A DNA stretch of 64,000 nucleotides. Origin: Candidatus Peribacteria bacterium (lineage in GTDB: Bacteria > Patescibacteriota > Gracilibacteria > UBA1369 > 2-02-FULL-48-14). The first letter of the stretch is position 1. Each line of letters starts with the position of its first letter. The position numbers and the translations under genes were made by a program. Below the pieces are notes generated by a model. The model ran no database searches, was not told the origin of the DNA, and saw only the letters and a list, made by a program, of their open reading frames with translations. Shown one piece after another: positions 29,756 through 38,897 of the stretch. The stretch spans positions 17,190 through 81,189 of the forward strand of contig CALRGE010000005.1 of assembly GCA_943357175.1 (NCBI GenBank), in the 5' to 3' direction.

Positions 29756-31222
29756 CTAAATCTTAGGTCTCATCTTACCCCAATCTGTCACTTGCTCGAA
29801 AGCAGCGGCGGTTTGTAAAATTAGACTTTCACTCCACATCGGGCCCATTATTTGTAAACCAATTGGAAGACCTTTAGAAGAAAATCCACAAGGAATGGAA
29901 ATTCCAGGAATTCCAGCAGCAGAAGGCGGAATTGTGAGAGCATCGGCAAGATACATCGCAAGAGGATTCGCAGCTTTTTCACCAACCTTAAATGCAGGTG
30001 TTGGTGAAGTTGGAGCCATCATTACATCAACTTCTTTAAAAGCTCTGTCAAAATCCTGAATAATTAAGGTTCGAGCTCGCTGAGCCTGCTTGTAATAAGC
30101 GTCGGCATAACCTGCAGAAAGCACGAAAGTTCCAACCATGATTCTGCGCTTAATCTCACTACCAAAACCTTCCCCACGACTTCGTTTGTAATAATCTATC
30201 AAATCGGCAACTTCGCCATCAGGCTTGTGGCCAAAACGAATTCCATCATATCGAGATAAATTTGTGGAAAGTTCACCAGGCATTGTCACGTAGTAAACCG
30301 CAACTCCATATTTTGTCATCGGTAAACTGATTTCGCTTATTATCGCACCCATTTTTTCATATTCTTTCACGGCCGCCATAACAGCATCTCTCACTTCCTG
30401 TTCAACACCTTCGGCAAAATATTCTTTCGGCACACCAATTCGAAGTCCCTTCACTCCCTTTGCAAGATTCGCCGTATAATCAGGAACCTCAACTTGAGGA
30501 GTTGTTGAATCAAATTTATCAGGACCGGCAATTGCATTCATAATAATTGCTGCATCTTGAGCAGTTCGTGCAAATGGACCAACTGTATCCCAACTCGAAG
30601 CCATGGCCGTCACACCAAATCTGCTAACTCGCCCGTATGTAACCTTCAAACCAACACAACCTGAAAGCGAAGCTGGCTGACGAATTGATCCTCCAGTATC
30701 AGTTCCCAAAGCAAAGTAAACTTGGCCGGCAGCAACCGCAGAAGTACTTCCACCAGAAGATCCACCAGGCACATATTCCGGATTCCACGGATTCAAACTA
30801 GGCCCAAAAGCTGAAGTTTCTGTCGAAGCGCCACAAGCAAATTGATCAAGATTATTTTTTCCTAAAAGCACATAGCCGTTATCTAATAATCGCTGTGTTG
30901 CAGTTGATTCATAAGGCGGCACAAAATTTTCAAGCATTTTTGAAGAGCAAGTCGAACGAATTCCTCGAGTATTAAAGAGATCTTTCATTCCGGCCGGCAC
31001 ACCTTCCAGTGGAAGAATTTCTTCACCAGCTGCAATTTTTTTATCAGCCAATGCCGCACGCGCATATGCGTGATCTTCAGTCAAAGTTAAGAAATTATGC
31101 AGCTTTCCGTCAGTCGCTTTAATGCGTGCGTAAGAAGAATCAACAAGATCTTTTGAAGAGAATTTTTTCGCCTTCAAACCCTCGTGAACCTCCGCAATTG
31201 TTAGCCAGTGTAAGTCTGTCAT
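29756..31222 (-). CDS. gatA: Asp/Glu-tRNA amidotransferase subunit A
   Basis: Amidase signature PGGSSGGS and GTDTGGSIRQPA; RYDGIRFG; GLPIGLQ. Confidence 0.95.
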   Translation of the reverse strand: MTDLHWLTIAEVHEGLKAKKFSSKDLVDSSYARIKATDGKLHNFLTLTEDHAYARAALADKKIAAGEEILPLEGVPAGMKDLFNTRGIRSTCSSKMLENFVPPYESTATQRLLDNGYVLLGKNNLDQFACGASTETSAFGPSLNPWNPEYVPGGSSGGSTSAVAAGQVYFALGTDTGGSIRQPASLSGCVGLKVTYGRVSRFGVTAMASSWDTVGPFARTAQDAAIIMNAIAGPDKFDSTTPQVEVPDYTANLAKGVKGLRIGVPKEYFAEGVEQEVRDAVMAAVKEYEKMGAIISEISLPMTKYGVAVYYVTMPGELSTNLSRYDGIRFGHKPDGEVADLIDYYKRSRGEGFGSEIKRRIMVGTFVLSAGYADAYYKQAQRARTLIIQDFDRAFKEVDVMMAPTSPTPAFKVGEKAANPLAMYLADALTIPPSAAGIPGISIPCGFSSKGLPIGLQIMGPMWSESLILQTAAAFEQVTDWGKMRPKI

Positions 31223-31509
31223 ATTACTCGTTTAGTTTTAATTTGATGTTTATCTTTTGGCAGCGGGCTGCACTCTAATAATTCATCCGGTTTGCACAAA
31301 TCCTGCGCCACGACATCCTCTCGAAGCACATTTGTAAGCCCAGTAACCTGATTTGTTTCAGGAACTCCGGTCGTATCAAGCTCTTTCAAAACATCCACAT
31401 AATCCAAAATATTCGTGAGCTGTCCTGCAAAAAGTTCAACTTCTTCATCAGTTAGATGAAGCCTTGCAAGATGCGCAATTTTCCTGACCTGTTCGACTGT
31501 AAGTTGCAT
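31219..31509 (-). CDS. gatC: Asp/Glu-tRNA amidotransferase subunit C
   Basis: VRKIAHLARL and NVLRED; overlaps gatA. Confidence 0.93.
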   Translation of the reverse strand: MQLTVEQVRKIAHLARLHLTDEEVELFAGQLTNILDYVDVLKELDTTGVPETNQVTGLTNVLREDVVAQDLCKPDELLECSPLPKDKHQIKTKRVI

Positions 31510-31536
31510 GCGGCCAGTTTAAATCAAAATAATTCC

Positions 31537-31638
31537 CCCGTCGACGGGAAATAGAAGCTCCTCGCGACAAATCAGTTTTATTTCTTAATATGCCGCCGGC
31601 GGCACTTTTTCAGGTTAGGAACTGCACCCGGGTGCAGT
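31537..31638. repeat. Cluster of three perfect GC-rich palindromes
   Basis: CCCGTCGACGGG (31537-31548), TGCCGCCGGCGGCA (31591-31604), ACTGCACCCGGGTGCAGT (31621-31638). Confidence 0.85.
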
Positions 31639-31684
31639 CTGCTTAAATCTGGCGCAGAAGTACTGCCTTCGTTATACTGTCGAC

Positions 31685-31999
31685 ATGCAGAAAACGCTCC
31701 AAAATATTTCGCAGATTTCCTTCTTTTTCTTTCTAATTTTTGGACTTTTTCATATTTCAGCTGCCTTTCTTATTGCACAACAAGTGATAAATAAACCGGA
31801 TCTATTGATTTTCAGAGGCTTAGACCTTCCCTTTCTTTTCGCGGCCCTAGCTCTTGGAACTTCGCGCTTATCGTTGCGGCTCGGTAGCATTTTTGGTGGC
31901 GAAAAAGTCGCCTTCATTATTCTTTCAACTCTGTCTATAATTTTATTCTGTTTTGCCCTTTATTTGAATTTCTTTTTGCCAGATGCAAACCTCGGATAA
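31685..31999 (+). CDS. Small membrane protein
   Basis: Three hydrophobic segments; TATACT 6 nt before ATG. Confidence 0.7.
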   Translation: MQKTLQNISQISFFFFLIFGLFHISAAFLIAQQVINKPDLLIFRGLDLPFLFAALALGTSRLSLRLGSIFGGEKVAFIILSTLSIILFCFALYLNFFLPDANLG

Positions 32000-32426
32000 A
32001 AAATTAGTGATGGCATTCGGTACTTTTGACTTTTTTCACGCCGGTCATGAAAACTATCTGAAGCAGGCAAAAGCTCTCGGAGAAACTCTGATTGTAACAG
32101 TGGCGCGCGACGTAACAGTAAAAAAAATAAAGGGATTCGATCCTACTCACAACGAAAAAACCCGACTAAAAAACGTGAGCAACTGCCAATATGTTGATAA
32201 AGCGGTGCTTGGAAATCCAGATGACAAATATAAAGTAATCAAAAAATACAAACCAAATATTCTCGCACTAGGTTACGATCAGTTCGTCTTTACCTACGAC
32301 TTAAAAAAATTCTTCATCAAAGAAAAACTCGACATAGAAATCATCAGGTTAGAGCCATACCAACCACAAGCTTTCAAAAGCTCCATCCTCCGCAACAATG
32401 CGAATCAAACTCCACCACAACTTTAA
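31983..32426 (+). CDS. Cytidylyltransferase-family protein, likely RibL-type FAD synthase
   Basis: FGTFDFFHAGH, VTVARD and ALGYDQ motifs. Confidence 0.75.
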   Translation: MQTSDKKLVMAFGTFDFFHAGHENYLKQAKALGETLIVTVARDVTVKKIKGFDPTHNEKTRLKNVSNCQYVDKAVLGNPDDKYKVIKKYKPNILALGYDQFVFTYDLKKFFIKEKLDIEIIRLEPYQPQAFKSSILRNNANQTPPQL

Positions 32427-33297
32427 ACGACTGGCCCAAATTTCCCTGCAAAACATTGGCCGAAACCTTCTGCTTAGTGTTGCAACAGCGGTTATGATGG
32501 GACTAATTCTCTTCATTTTCAACGTGATAATGGTTTTGAATGTGCTCACTCAAGCAACAATGGAAAAAATTGGCGAGAAAGTTGACCTGATCCTTTACAT
32601 TTCTGATGATGCACTCACATTTGAAATCGAAGAAATGGTGAAAGACATACAAAGCATTCCGGTCGTGAAAAGTGCAGTTTACACAAGCAAACAACAAGCC
32701 CTTTCCGGTTTTCTTTCTGAATATCCTGATAAAGCTGATCCATTCACGAATTACGGAATTGCAAACCCACTACCGGGAAACATTAAAATCATAACCGATG
32801 AGCCTGAAAATCACAGCATTGTGACCGACTATATTAAAAAAAGTGACTATTCAAAATACTTGATCGATTCAGCAAGTTCTAATGAAAATCAAGAAATCGT
32901 TACTCGATTAATCAGCGTGACCAATTTCACACAAAAACTCATTTTTGGAGTAATTATCACGTTTATTTTCGGATCGCTCTTGATAATCATCAACGCAATT
33001 CACCTAAGCATTTTCACGCGCCGACTAGAAATCCAAATTATGCAACTCGTTGGCGCAAACCCAAACATGATCAGATTTCCATTCATTTTTGAAGGAATTA
33101 TTTATAGCCTCATCGCAGTTTTCTTCAGTTTCACATTACTCACGGTTTTCCTCGAAGGCTCAGAACTTAGCTCACTCGCAAACTTTCAAGAAAACTTTCA
33201 TCCATTTATACTTTTTGGATCTGAACTCGTGGGCAGCATCGCCATTGGCGTCACTTCAAGCTACATCGCGCTGAATTATTACCTCAGAAATTCATGA
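32398..33297 (+). CDS. ftsX: Cell division permease FtsX
   Basis: NPLP, RRLEIQIMQLVGA and PFIFEG motifs. Confidence 0.88.
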   Translation: MRIKLHHNFKRLAQISLQNIGRNLLLSVATAVMMGLILFIFNVIMVLNVLTQATMEKIGEKVDLILYISDDALTFEIEEMVKDIQSIPVVKSAVYTSKQQALSGFLSEYPDKADPFTNYGIANPLPGNIKIITDEPENHSIVTDYIKKSDYSKYLIDSASSNENQEIVTRLISVTNFTQKLIFGVIITFIFGSLLIIINAIHLSIFTRRLEIQIMQLVGANPNMIRFPFIFEGIIYSLIAVFFSFTLLTVFLEGSELSSLANFQENFHPFILFGSELVGSIAIGVTSSYIALNYYLRNS

Positions 33298-34001
33298 AGG
33301 AAAAAATCAGAAACATTCGCGGAATCGTGATTCGTAGCAGACCTTTCATGGAAAATGATCTCTGCGTTGCAGTAATTACCGAGCTCGGCGAAAAACTTGA
33401 TCTGATAGTGAAGGGAGCTCGTGGAAAAAATTCCCGCCGAAAAGGCCATCTTGAAGTTTTGAATCTGATTTCTGCGACAGTTTATGAAAGTCGCCACAAT
33501 TCTTATCTGCAAACCGTGCGCTGCGAAAACCCATTCTTCCGTCTTAAAGATTCCTACTTCAGCATTTTTTCAATTTGCAGATTAGTCGAAATAATCAATG
33601 CCCGCGTGCTTGAAGAAGACCCTCATCAAGAAATTTACGATTTGCTACTCGAAACTATGACTCTTTTGAATTCCGAAACCTCGCATCTTTTTACTGTCGA
33701 TTTTGCATTGGTAAAACTCGCAGATTTACTCGGCCATCTTCCAAGTTACAAAAACTGTGGCAGCTGCCACCGCGTGGAAGATCGAATGTACTTGAGCGAA
33801 AGCAGCAATGCGCTGAATTGCTCTGAATGCCGCAATGCAAATGATACGCCTGTCGAACTAAAATACCGGAAAGCCATGGAATTTTTCCGTGAAGCCGGCC
33901 TATCCGCCCTACAAAAAATCTCCCTCAGTGAAGAAGAGAGCGAGTTTCTGAAGAACATTATTGAAAAGCTTTTTGAGAAGAGGATGAAAGTTGTCGCGTG
34001 A
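33294..34001 (+). CDS. recO: DNA repair protein RecO
   Basis: GIVIRSRPFMEND, KGARGKNSRR and a CxxC...CxxC zinc finger. Confidence 0.88.
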   Translation: MKEKIRNIRGIVIRSRPFMENDLCVAVITELGEKLDLIVKGARGKNSRRKGHLEVLNLISATVYESRHNSYLQTVRCENPFFRLKDSYFSIFSICRLVEIINARVLEEDPHQEIYDLLLETMTLLNSETSHLFTVDFALVKLADLLGHLPSYKNCGSCHRVEDRMYLSESSNALNCSECRNANDTPVELKYRKAMEFFREAGLSALQKISLSEEESEFLKNIIEKLFEKRMKVVA

Positions 34002-34007
34002 TGGATG

Positions 34008-34814
34008 TTAGGCTTTTGCCCTTAGCAGGCCACGGACGCCACAATCGTCGCGCTCGCGGTTAGCAAGGATAATGTTAATGTGGGATTCTTGATTGACCGG
34101 ATCGAAGTACAAGATGCGAGCGCTGATATGATCAGGATTTTCTCCAGATTCAAGCCATGAAGATCTCAATGTGTTTCCATTTTTAGACCTTACTAGATGC
34201 TCTCCAGTGAAATTCTCGAATTTAAGTATTTCAGGCGATTTTTTAACTGAAGTTTTGTATGGAAATAATTCGTGTCCGGATTTCATCACGGCTTTTCTCG
34301 AGTTAGCATAATTCATTCCTCTCATGATTGGTTCAAGGCCCCCGCCAGCAACGAGTGGGTTTTCAGCTTCATCTAAGCCAAAAAGTATTCCTCCAAAATG
34401 CATAGAGATAGCTTTTTCTAGATTGTCTTTAGTGAGCAGTCTTTCCTCCACGAATTCCCAGCTTGCTCTTTCTTTATCTTTGGCATTCCACTGTTCATAC
34501 ATCCAGCGGTACTGCGGTCTGCAAAGTTCAACGAGCTTGCAATCTCTTGCTAGCTTTAAGAATTCGTCTTGATCGGTGCCTCCGCTGTTCCAAAAATCAA
34601 TTAACACTAAAGCGGCAGCAAGATCTGCAGATTCAGGTATTCCTTCGGCCAATCTATTTATTAAAAGCCTTATTATGGAAGCATATTGGCCTGATTCCTC
34701 AACTACACCTTTTATGTTTAACTTAATTAGTCCCTGACTAGACTGGACTTCCCAATGATTTGGCTCTGCTTCACGGTTTTCGTATGGCTCTAAAGGGTTA
34801 TAAATTTCGGACAT
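34008..34814 (-). CDS. Hypothetical protein
   Basis: 268-aa ORF with its own TAGACA-16-TATAAT promoter; no motif recognised. Confidence 0.7.
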   Translation of the reverse strand: MSEIYNPLEPYENREAEPNHWEVQSSQGLIKLNIKGVVEESGQYASIIRLLINRLAEGIPESADLAAALVLIDFWNSGGTDQDEFLKLARDCKLVELCRPQYRWMYEQWNAKDKERASWEFVEERLLTKDNLEKAISMHFGGILFGLDEAENPLVAGGGLEPIMRGMNYANSRKAVMKSGHELFPYKTSVKKSPEILKFENFTGEHLVRSKNGNTLRSSWLESGENPDHISARILYFDPVNQESHINIILANRERDDCGVRGLLRAKA

Positions 34815-34875
34815 CTTTTAATGTGAATTGCTGAGATTATACATTAAATTTGAGATTTGTCTATAGGCCGAAGAA

Positions 34876-34988
34876 GATGACACTAAAACTACTCAAATCC
34901 CTTATCGTGACTATGTCACGATAACAACCTGATGAGAATTCTAAAACTAAAAATTTCTTCCCTGGTTAACGTGACAATGTCACGATAA
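34876..34988. repeat. Two degenerate tandem units, each ending in a 23-bp CGTGAC-N3-GTCACG inverted repeat
   Basis: TTATCGTGACTATGTCACGATAA (34902-34924) and TTAACGTGACAATGTCACGATAA (34966-34988), each preceded by GATGA...CTAAAACTA. Confidence 0.85.
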
Positions 34989-35069
34989 GAGAATCATCAT
35001 CAAACATGTGTAAAAACAAGCCGAATAGAAAAGTCTGCGCGCGCAAACCTGTTGAATTTTCCACAAACT

Positions 35070-37160
35070 CTAAGCCCACACCGCCTCAACAAATCTCTCT
35101 CCATCAAGTCCACCCAACTCCCGACATTTCTCGCGGTGAATTGAAATTGCACTCCCTCGCCGCACATAACCGACTATCGCATTAGGCGGTTTTGGCTTGC
35201 AGCAAGCGCTAAACACGAGAGGTAAATTCGACTCGCCTGTAATTAAAACCTTGCCGGTGAGTTCCGGCGCAAAGTAGATCTCTTTCTCTTCTTCATGCGC
35301 CTCCTCTACTGCAAAAATTGTTTTGGCCACATGAGTAGCAGAAACAGTTCCGAGTCCAATTGCCTCTAAAATATCAATTCGATCGTCTAACGTTCGCTCC
35401 TTCCCAGCGTAATTTTTCATCACAGTAAATTTCTCATCAAGCTTTGGCTTATGCATAAGCTCAAGTTCATGATTCAGCATTTCGCGACCAAGCTTCACAT
35501 TGCTTTCAAATTCCTGTTTATGGAACCAGTTTTTAATTTTTGCCCTAGCATTTGAAGTTTTTGCGATCGACAGCCAATATTTCCCGGGTTTTGCATTCGT
35601 TCGAGTAACAATCTCAACAATCTCGCCGTTTTTCAGCTCGTAATCAAGAGGAACGCCCTTTCCATTAACCTTTGCGCCATTGCAGTGATTTCCAACATCA
35701 CTATGAATAAGATAAGCAAAATCCAGAGGACTTGCACCTCGGGCCAATTCAACCACATCGCCTTTCGGGCTTAGTACAAAAATTTTATCAGGAAAAATAT
35801 CTATTTCAGATGCCTTCCCAATATCATCAGCCAATCCTTTTAACCAAACTCGATGCTTCTCATAATTTCCTGCCAAAACAAGCGGGCCAAAGGCTCGCGC
35901 CTTCTTTATATTATCCAAATGTTTTTGCTCAATTCCCTTTTCCAAAAGCATGGTCTGAACTTTTTTTCGATCTGAAAAAACCATCTGCTGAAATTTTTCA
36001 ATCCATTCACGAACAATTCCTTCAATATCTGGCTCACGCTGCAAAAGCGCTCGAACTTCATGAAAAGCCTCCTGTAATTTTAAAGTTTGAGTACCTGTTT
36101 TGACTTTCTCCTTATATGCCCAATGTGAAGCAACTCCCAACTCGGCCTCGGCATGCATGCTCGCAGTTCTAATCTGAATTTCGGTAGGCGCATCATAAAT
36201 TCCAAGCACAGTTGTATGCAAACTTCTATAACCATTTGGCTTGGCAACCGCGATGTAATCTTTAAATCTATCCTGTAGTGGAATGAAATTATTGTGGATA
36301 ATCCCGAGAGTTGAATAGATATGCGCAACCTGTTCTTTCCCATCTTTATAAGAATCAGGAAGAATTACTCGAACGGCAAACAAATCATAAATTTCTGAAA
36401 TATCCATAGCCTGTTTTTTCTCCATTTTCTGATAAATACTCCAAAGGTGCTTTTTTCTACCTGAAACTTCCTGAACCTGAACACCTTCACGCATCAACAT
36501 TTGTTCAATTTTAGATGTCGCAAATTCCATAGAACTATCGCTTTTTTTAGAGAACTTAGCCACAGACTCCTTCAACTCTAGATACTGCTCGCCACACAAA
36601 TACTTAAAACATAAATCCTCCAACTCACTTTTAACCTGATAAATACCCAAGCGTGAAGCAATCGCCGCGTGCACAAACAAAGTCTCGCGTGCAATCCTCT
36701 CCTGTTTTTCTTTGGGTACGAACTGCAAAGTTCGCATATTGTGCAAACGATCGGAAAGCTTGATAAAAACAACTCGAATATCCTTCGCCATGGCTAAAAA
36801 CATCTTCTTCCAATTTTCAGTTTGCTGATCTTCTTTTTTCACTTTTATCACGGCCATCTTTTCCATAGCGGAAACCAGGTTTCCAACATCTTCCCCAAAG
36901 TCTTTCTTAATTTGCTCGACTGTAATTGGAGTATCTTCAGATACATCATGCATCAAGCACGCCTGAATTGCAGCTAAATCCGGATCAAGATCAAGTAAAA
37001 TTCTCGCAGCCTCAATTGGGTGAACAATATAATCTTCACCTGAATATCTCTTCTGACCAAGGTGCGCCACTTTCGCATATTCGTAAGCACGATCAACTTC
37101 AGCCAAATCAATGTCAGGCCGTCTTCTTGCAATTTCAGATCTTAGCGTTTCGTAGATCAT
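35070..37160 (-). CDS. relA: RelA/SpoT (p)ppGpp synthetase/hydrolase
   Basis: HDVSED, KLSDRLHN, KPNGYRSLHT, EIQIRT; TGS domain and CCKP zinc region. Confidence 0.93.
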   Translation of the reverse strand: MIYETLRSEIARRRPDIDLAEVDRAYEYAKVAHLGQKRYSGEDYIVHPIEAARILLDLDPDLAAIQACLMHDVSEDTPITVEQIKKDFGEDVGNLVSAMEKMAVIKVKKEDQQTENWKKMFLAMAKDIRVVFIKLSDRLHNMRTLQFVPKEKQERIARETLFVHAAIASRLGIYQVKSELEDLCFKYLCGEQYLELKESVAKFSKKSDSSMEFATSKIEQMLMREGVQVQEVSGRKKHLWSIYQKMEKKQAMDISEIYDLFAVRVILPDSYKDGKEQVAHIYSTLGIIHNNFIPLQDRFKDYIAVAKPNGYRSLHTTVLGIYDAPTEIQIRTASMHAEAELGVASHWAYKEKVKTGTQTLKLQEAFHEVRALLQREPDIEGIVREWIEKFQQMVFSDRKKVQTMLLEKGIEQKHLDNIKKARAFGPLVLAGNYEKHRVWLKGLADDIGKASEIDIFPDKIFVLSPKGDVVELARGASPLDFAYLIHSDVGNHCNGAKVNGKGVPLDYELKNGEIVEIVTRTNAKPGKYWLSIAKTSNARAKIKNWFHKQEFESNVKLGREMLNHELELMHKPKLDEKFTVMKNYAGKERTLDDRIDILEAIGLGTVSATHVAKTIFAVEEAHEEEKEIYFAPELTGKVLITGESNLPLVFSACCKPKPPNAIVGYVRRGSAISIHREKCRELGGLDGERFVEAVWA

Positions 37161-37176
37161 AAGTGAAATATATCAC

Positions 37177-38223
37177 TTAGAGCTGAGAACCATCAATAAC
37201 CAATTTCAAATCAGATCCTTCAAGCTCAATAACTCTAACACCTTTTACTAGCGCCTCCTTATTTAATTTAATATCTTTTATACGAAGTTCAAGCTCAGTA
37301 ATTCCATCATTATAAAAATTATCAAGTTTCAATCTTGCTCTATAATTCGCTCGAATCTCAAGTACTTCTTTTGAAACAGAAATAAAAGATTCCAAACTAA
37401 TATTACTAGAATTTCCATCAAGATTATTTATGCTATTGAAAAATGCATCTTCATCAGAAGCCTGATCAGCCTGTTTTATTTCAAATTGTGCAATCAAATC
37501 AGCTTCTTCTCTTTGCAATTGACGCAAATTCAAATTGGCTATATTTAATAGCGATTCAAGCTCATCGACATGTTTATCAATTGCCAATGTTCTATCTGAA
37601 GATTGATCAATTAATTTCTGTACATCAACCTGCAAAATATTGTAAATTTTCTGGAAATCCTCAACAAATCTGGCATATTCCGCTGCAGAACCACGCTCTG
37701 TACCCAATTCTTCACCTGTTAAGGTAGAACTATCTTTATCAGCCTCCTCAAAACCAATCTTAATTCCGGTTTCAATTTGAGTACCGAAAAGTGTATGTGT
37801 TGGAGTATCATCAGGTTCTTCAACAACAGGTTCCTCAGTAATGGGTCTATTTTTATAATATTCCCAAGCTTTAAATCCCCCGTAGACAAGCCCGGCTAGG
37901 AATAAAACTGCAAAAATTCCTCCACAACAAAACTTCACGTGCCGAGTTGAAAGGCCAGATTCACGAACAATATCAAGTAAGCCACCACCTTCATCACCCT
38001 CAGAATCACCTTCTTCTACACCTGCAAACTCACGCAATTTATTCTTGGTTTGTTGTCTTCTCTTCTGTAATTCACTCGACTCAGGCATTTCTTCAACCTC
38101 AAGCGGTGCAGAAAGAATATCTACCGGTTTCGGCAAATCTAAATCAAGAGCCTCATCGTCTTCACGCTCAGCGTGCTTTTCAGCTTTTTCTGTTTTTTCG
38201 TCTTTAGGTTTTTCTTCAGCCAT
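37177..38223 (-). CDS. Single-pass membrane coiled-coil hypothetical protein
   Basis: Acidic N-terminus, one TM segment, helical C-terminus. Confidence 0.7.
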   Translation of the reverse strand: MAEEKPKDEKTEKAEKHAEREDDEALDLDLPKPVDILSAPLEVEEMPESSELQKRRQQTKNKLREFAGVEEGDSEGDEGGGLLDIVRESGLSTRHVKFCCGGIFAVLFLAGLVYGGFKAWEYYKNRPITEEPVVEEPDDTPTHTLFGTQIETGIKIGFEEADKDSSTLTGEELGTERGSAAEYARFVEDFQKIYNILQVDVQKLIDQSSDRTLAIDKHVDELESLLNIANLNLRQLQREEADLIAQFEIKQADQASDEDAFFNSINNLDGNSSNISLESFISVSKEVLEIRANYRARLKLDNFYNDGITELELRIKDIKLNKEALVKGVRVIELEGSDLKLVIDGSQL

Positions 38224-38275
38224 AATTAAAAATAACTCATGATATTATACCATAAATAACTGCCATTTGCCAGGC

Positions 38276-38767
38276 TTAACTCAAGACAAAGCCAATCCCA
38301 ACCATCACTAGTGCAACAACTACTGTCTCTGGCCAATCTAATTTGGCAATTTTCCTCAAAACAGCCAATAGAATAACGAGACCCCAAACCTTACTTATAG
38401 TTGAAAGCTTTGGAAGAATATCAATAAAACCAATCAGTGAAGAAAAACACATGAGTTTAACAAAACCCTCCATTTTCAATCGACTCTTAAAAAACTCCTG
38501 TAAAACATAACCAACTGCATAAAAAGTCACTAAAGAGATAACAGTTGTTTCAACTGTATTCTTTATTACAGTGAAAAAATCAGGGCGATAAACAACAATT
38601 CCAGGATTAGGGAAGAAATAGTAACCAATAGCTCCCAAAAAGCCTGAAATAGCCAAAATCAAAAATCCATCGTAAAGAGCCTCACGATCATCAGCAATTT
38701 TCCTCATCGTTAACTCGTTCAAAAGCACAATTTCCCCGGCATCTTTGAAGTACTTTTTTGGATCCAT
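38276..38767 (-). CDS. Yip1-like membrane protein
   Basis: About 5 TM segments with Yip1-like spacing. Confidence 0.55.
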   Translation of the reverse strand: MDPKKYFKDAGEIVLLNELTMRKIADDREALYDGFLILAISGFLGAIGYYFFPNPGIVVYRPDFFTVIKNTVETTVISLVTFYAVGYVLQEFFKSRLKMEGFVKLMCFSSLIGFIDILPKLSTISKVWGLVILLAVLRKIAKLDWPETVVVALVMVGIGFVLS

Positions 38768-38897
38768 ATATATTGGTGTGCGCTATCATTAAAACAATAT
38801 TCCAGCGACTAGTCAAAAGGATTCTTCAATCTGCATTTGATGAATAGGCGGATTTTGCCTAGAATAGGCCGGACTTAAGCTATTTAACCTCATTTAA

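Noticed and set aside
34929-34970. Hammerhead ribozyme (CTGATGAG)
   Set aside because: No GAAA after a stem II and no compatible stems I/III.
34902-34988. CRISPR array
   Set aside because: Only two units, the spacers resemble each other, and no cas genes are in the window.
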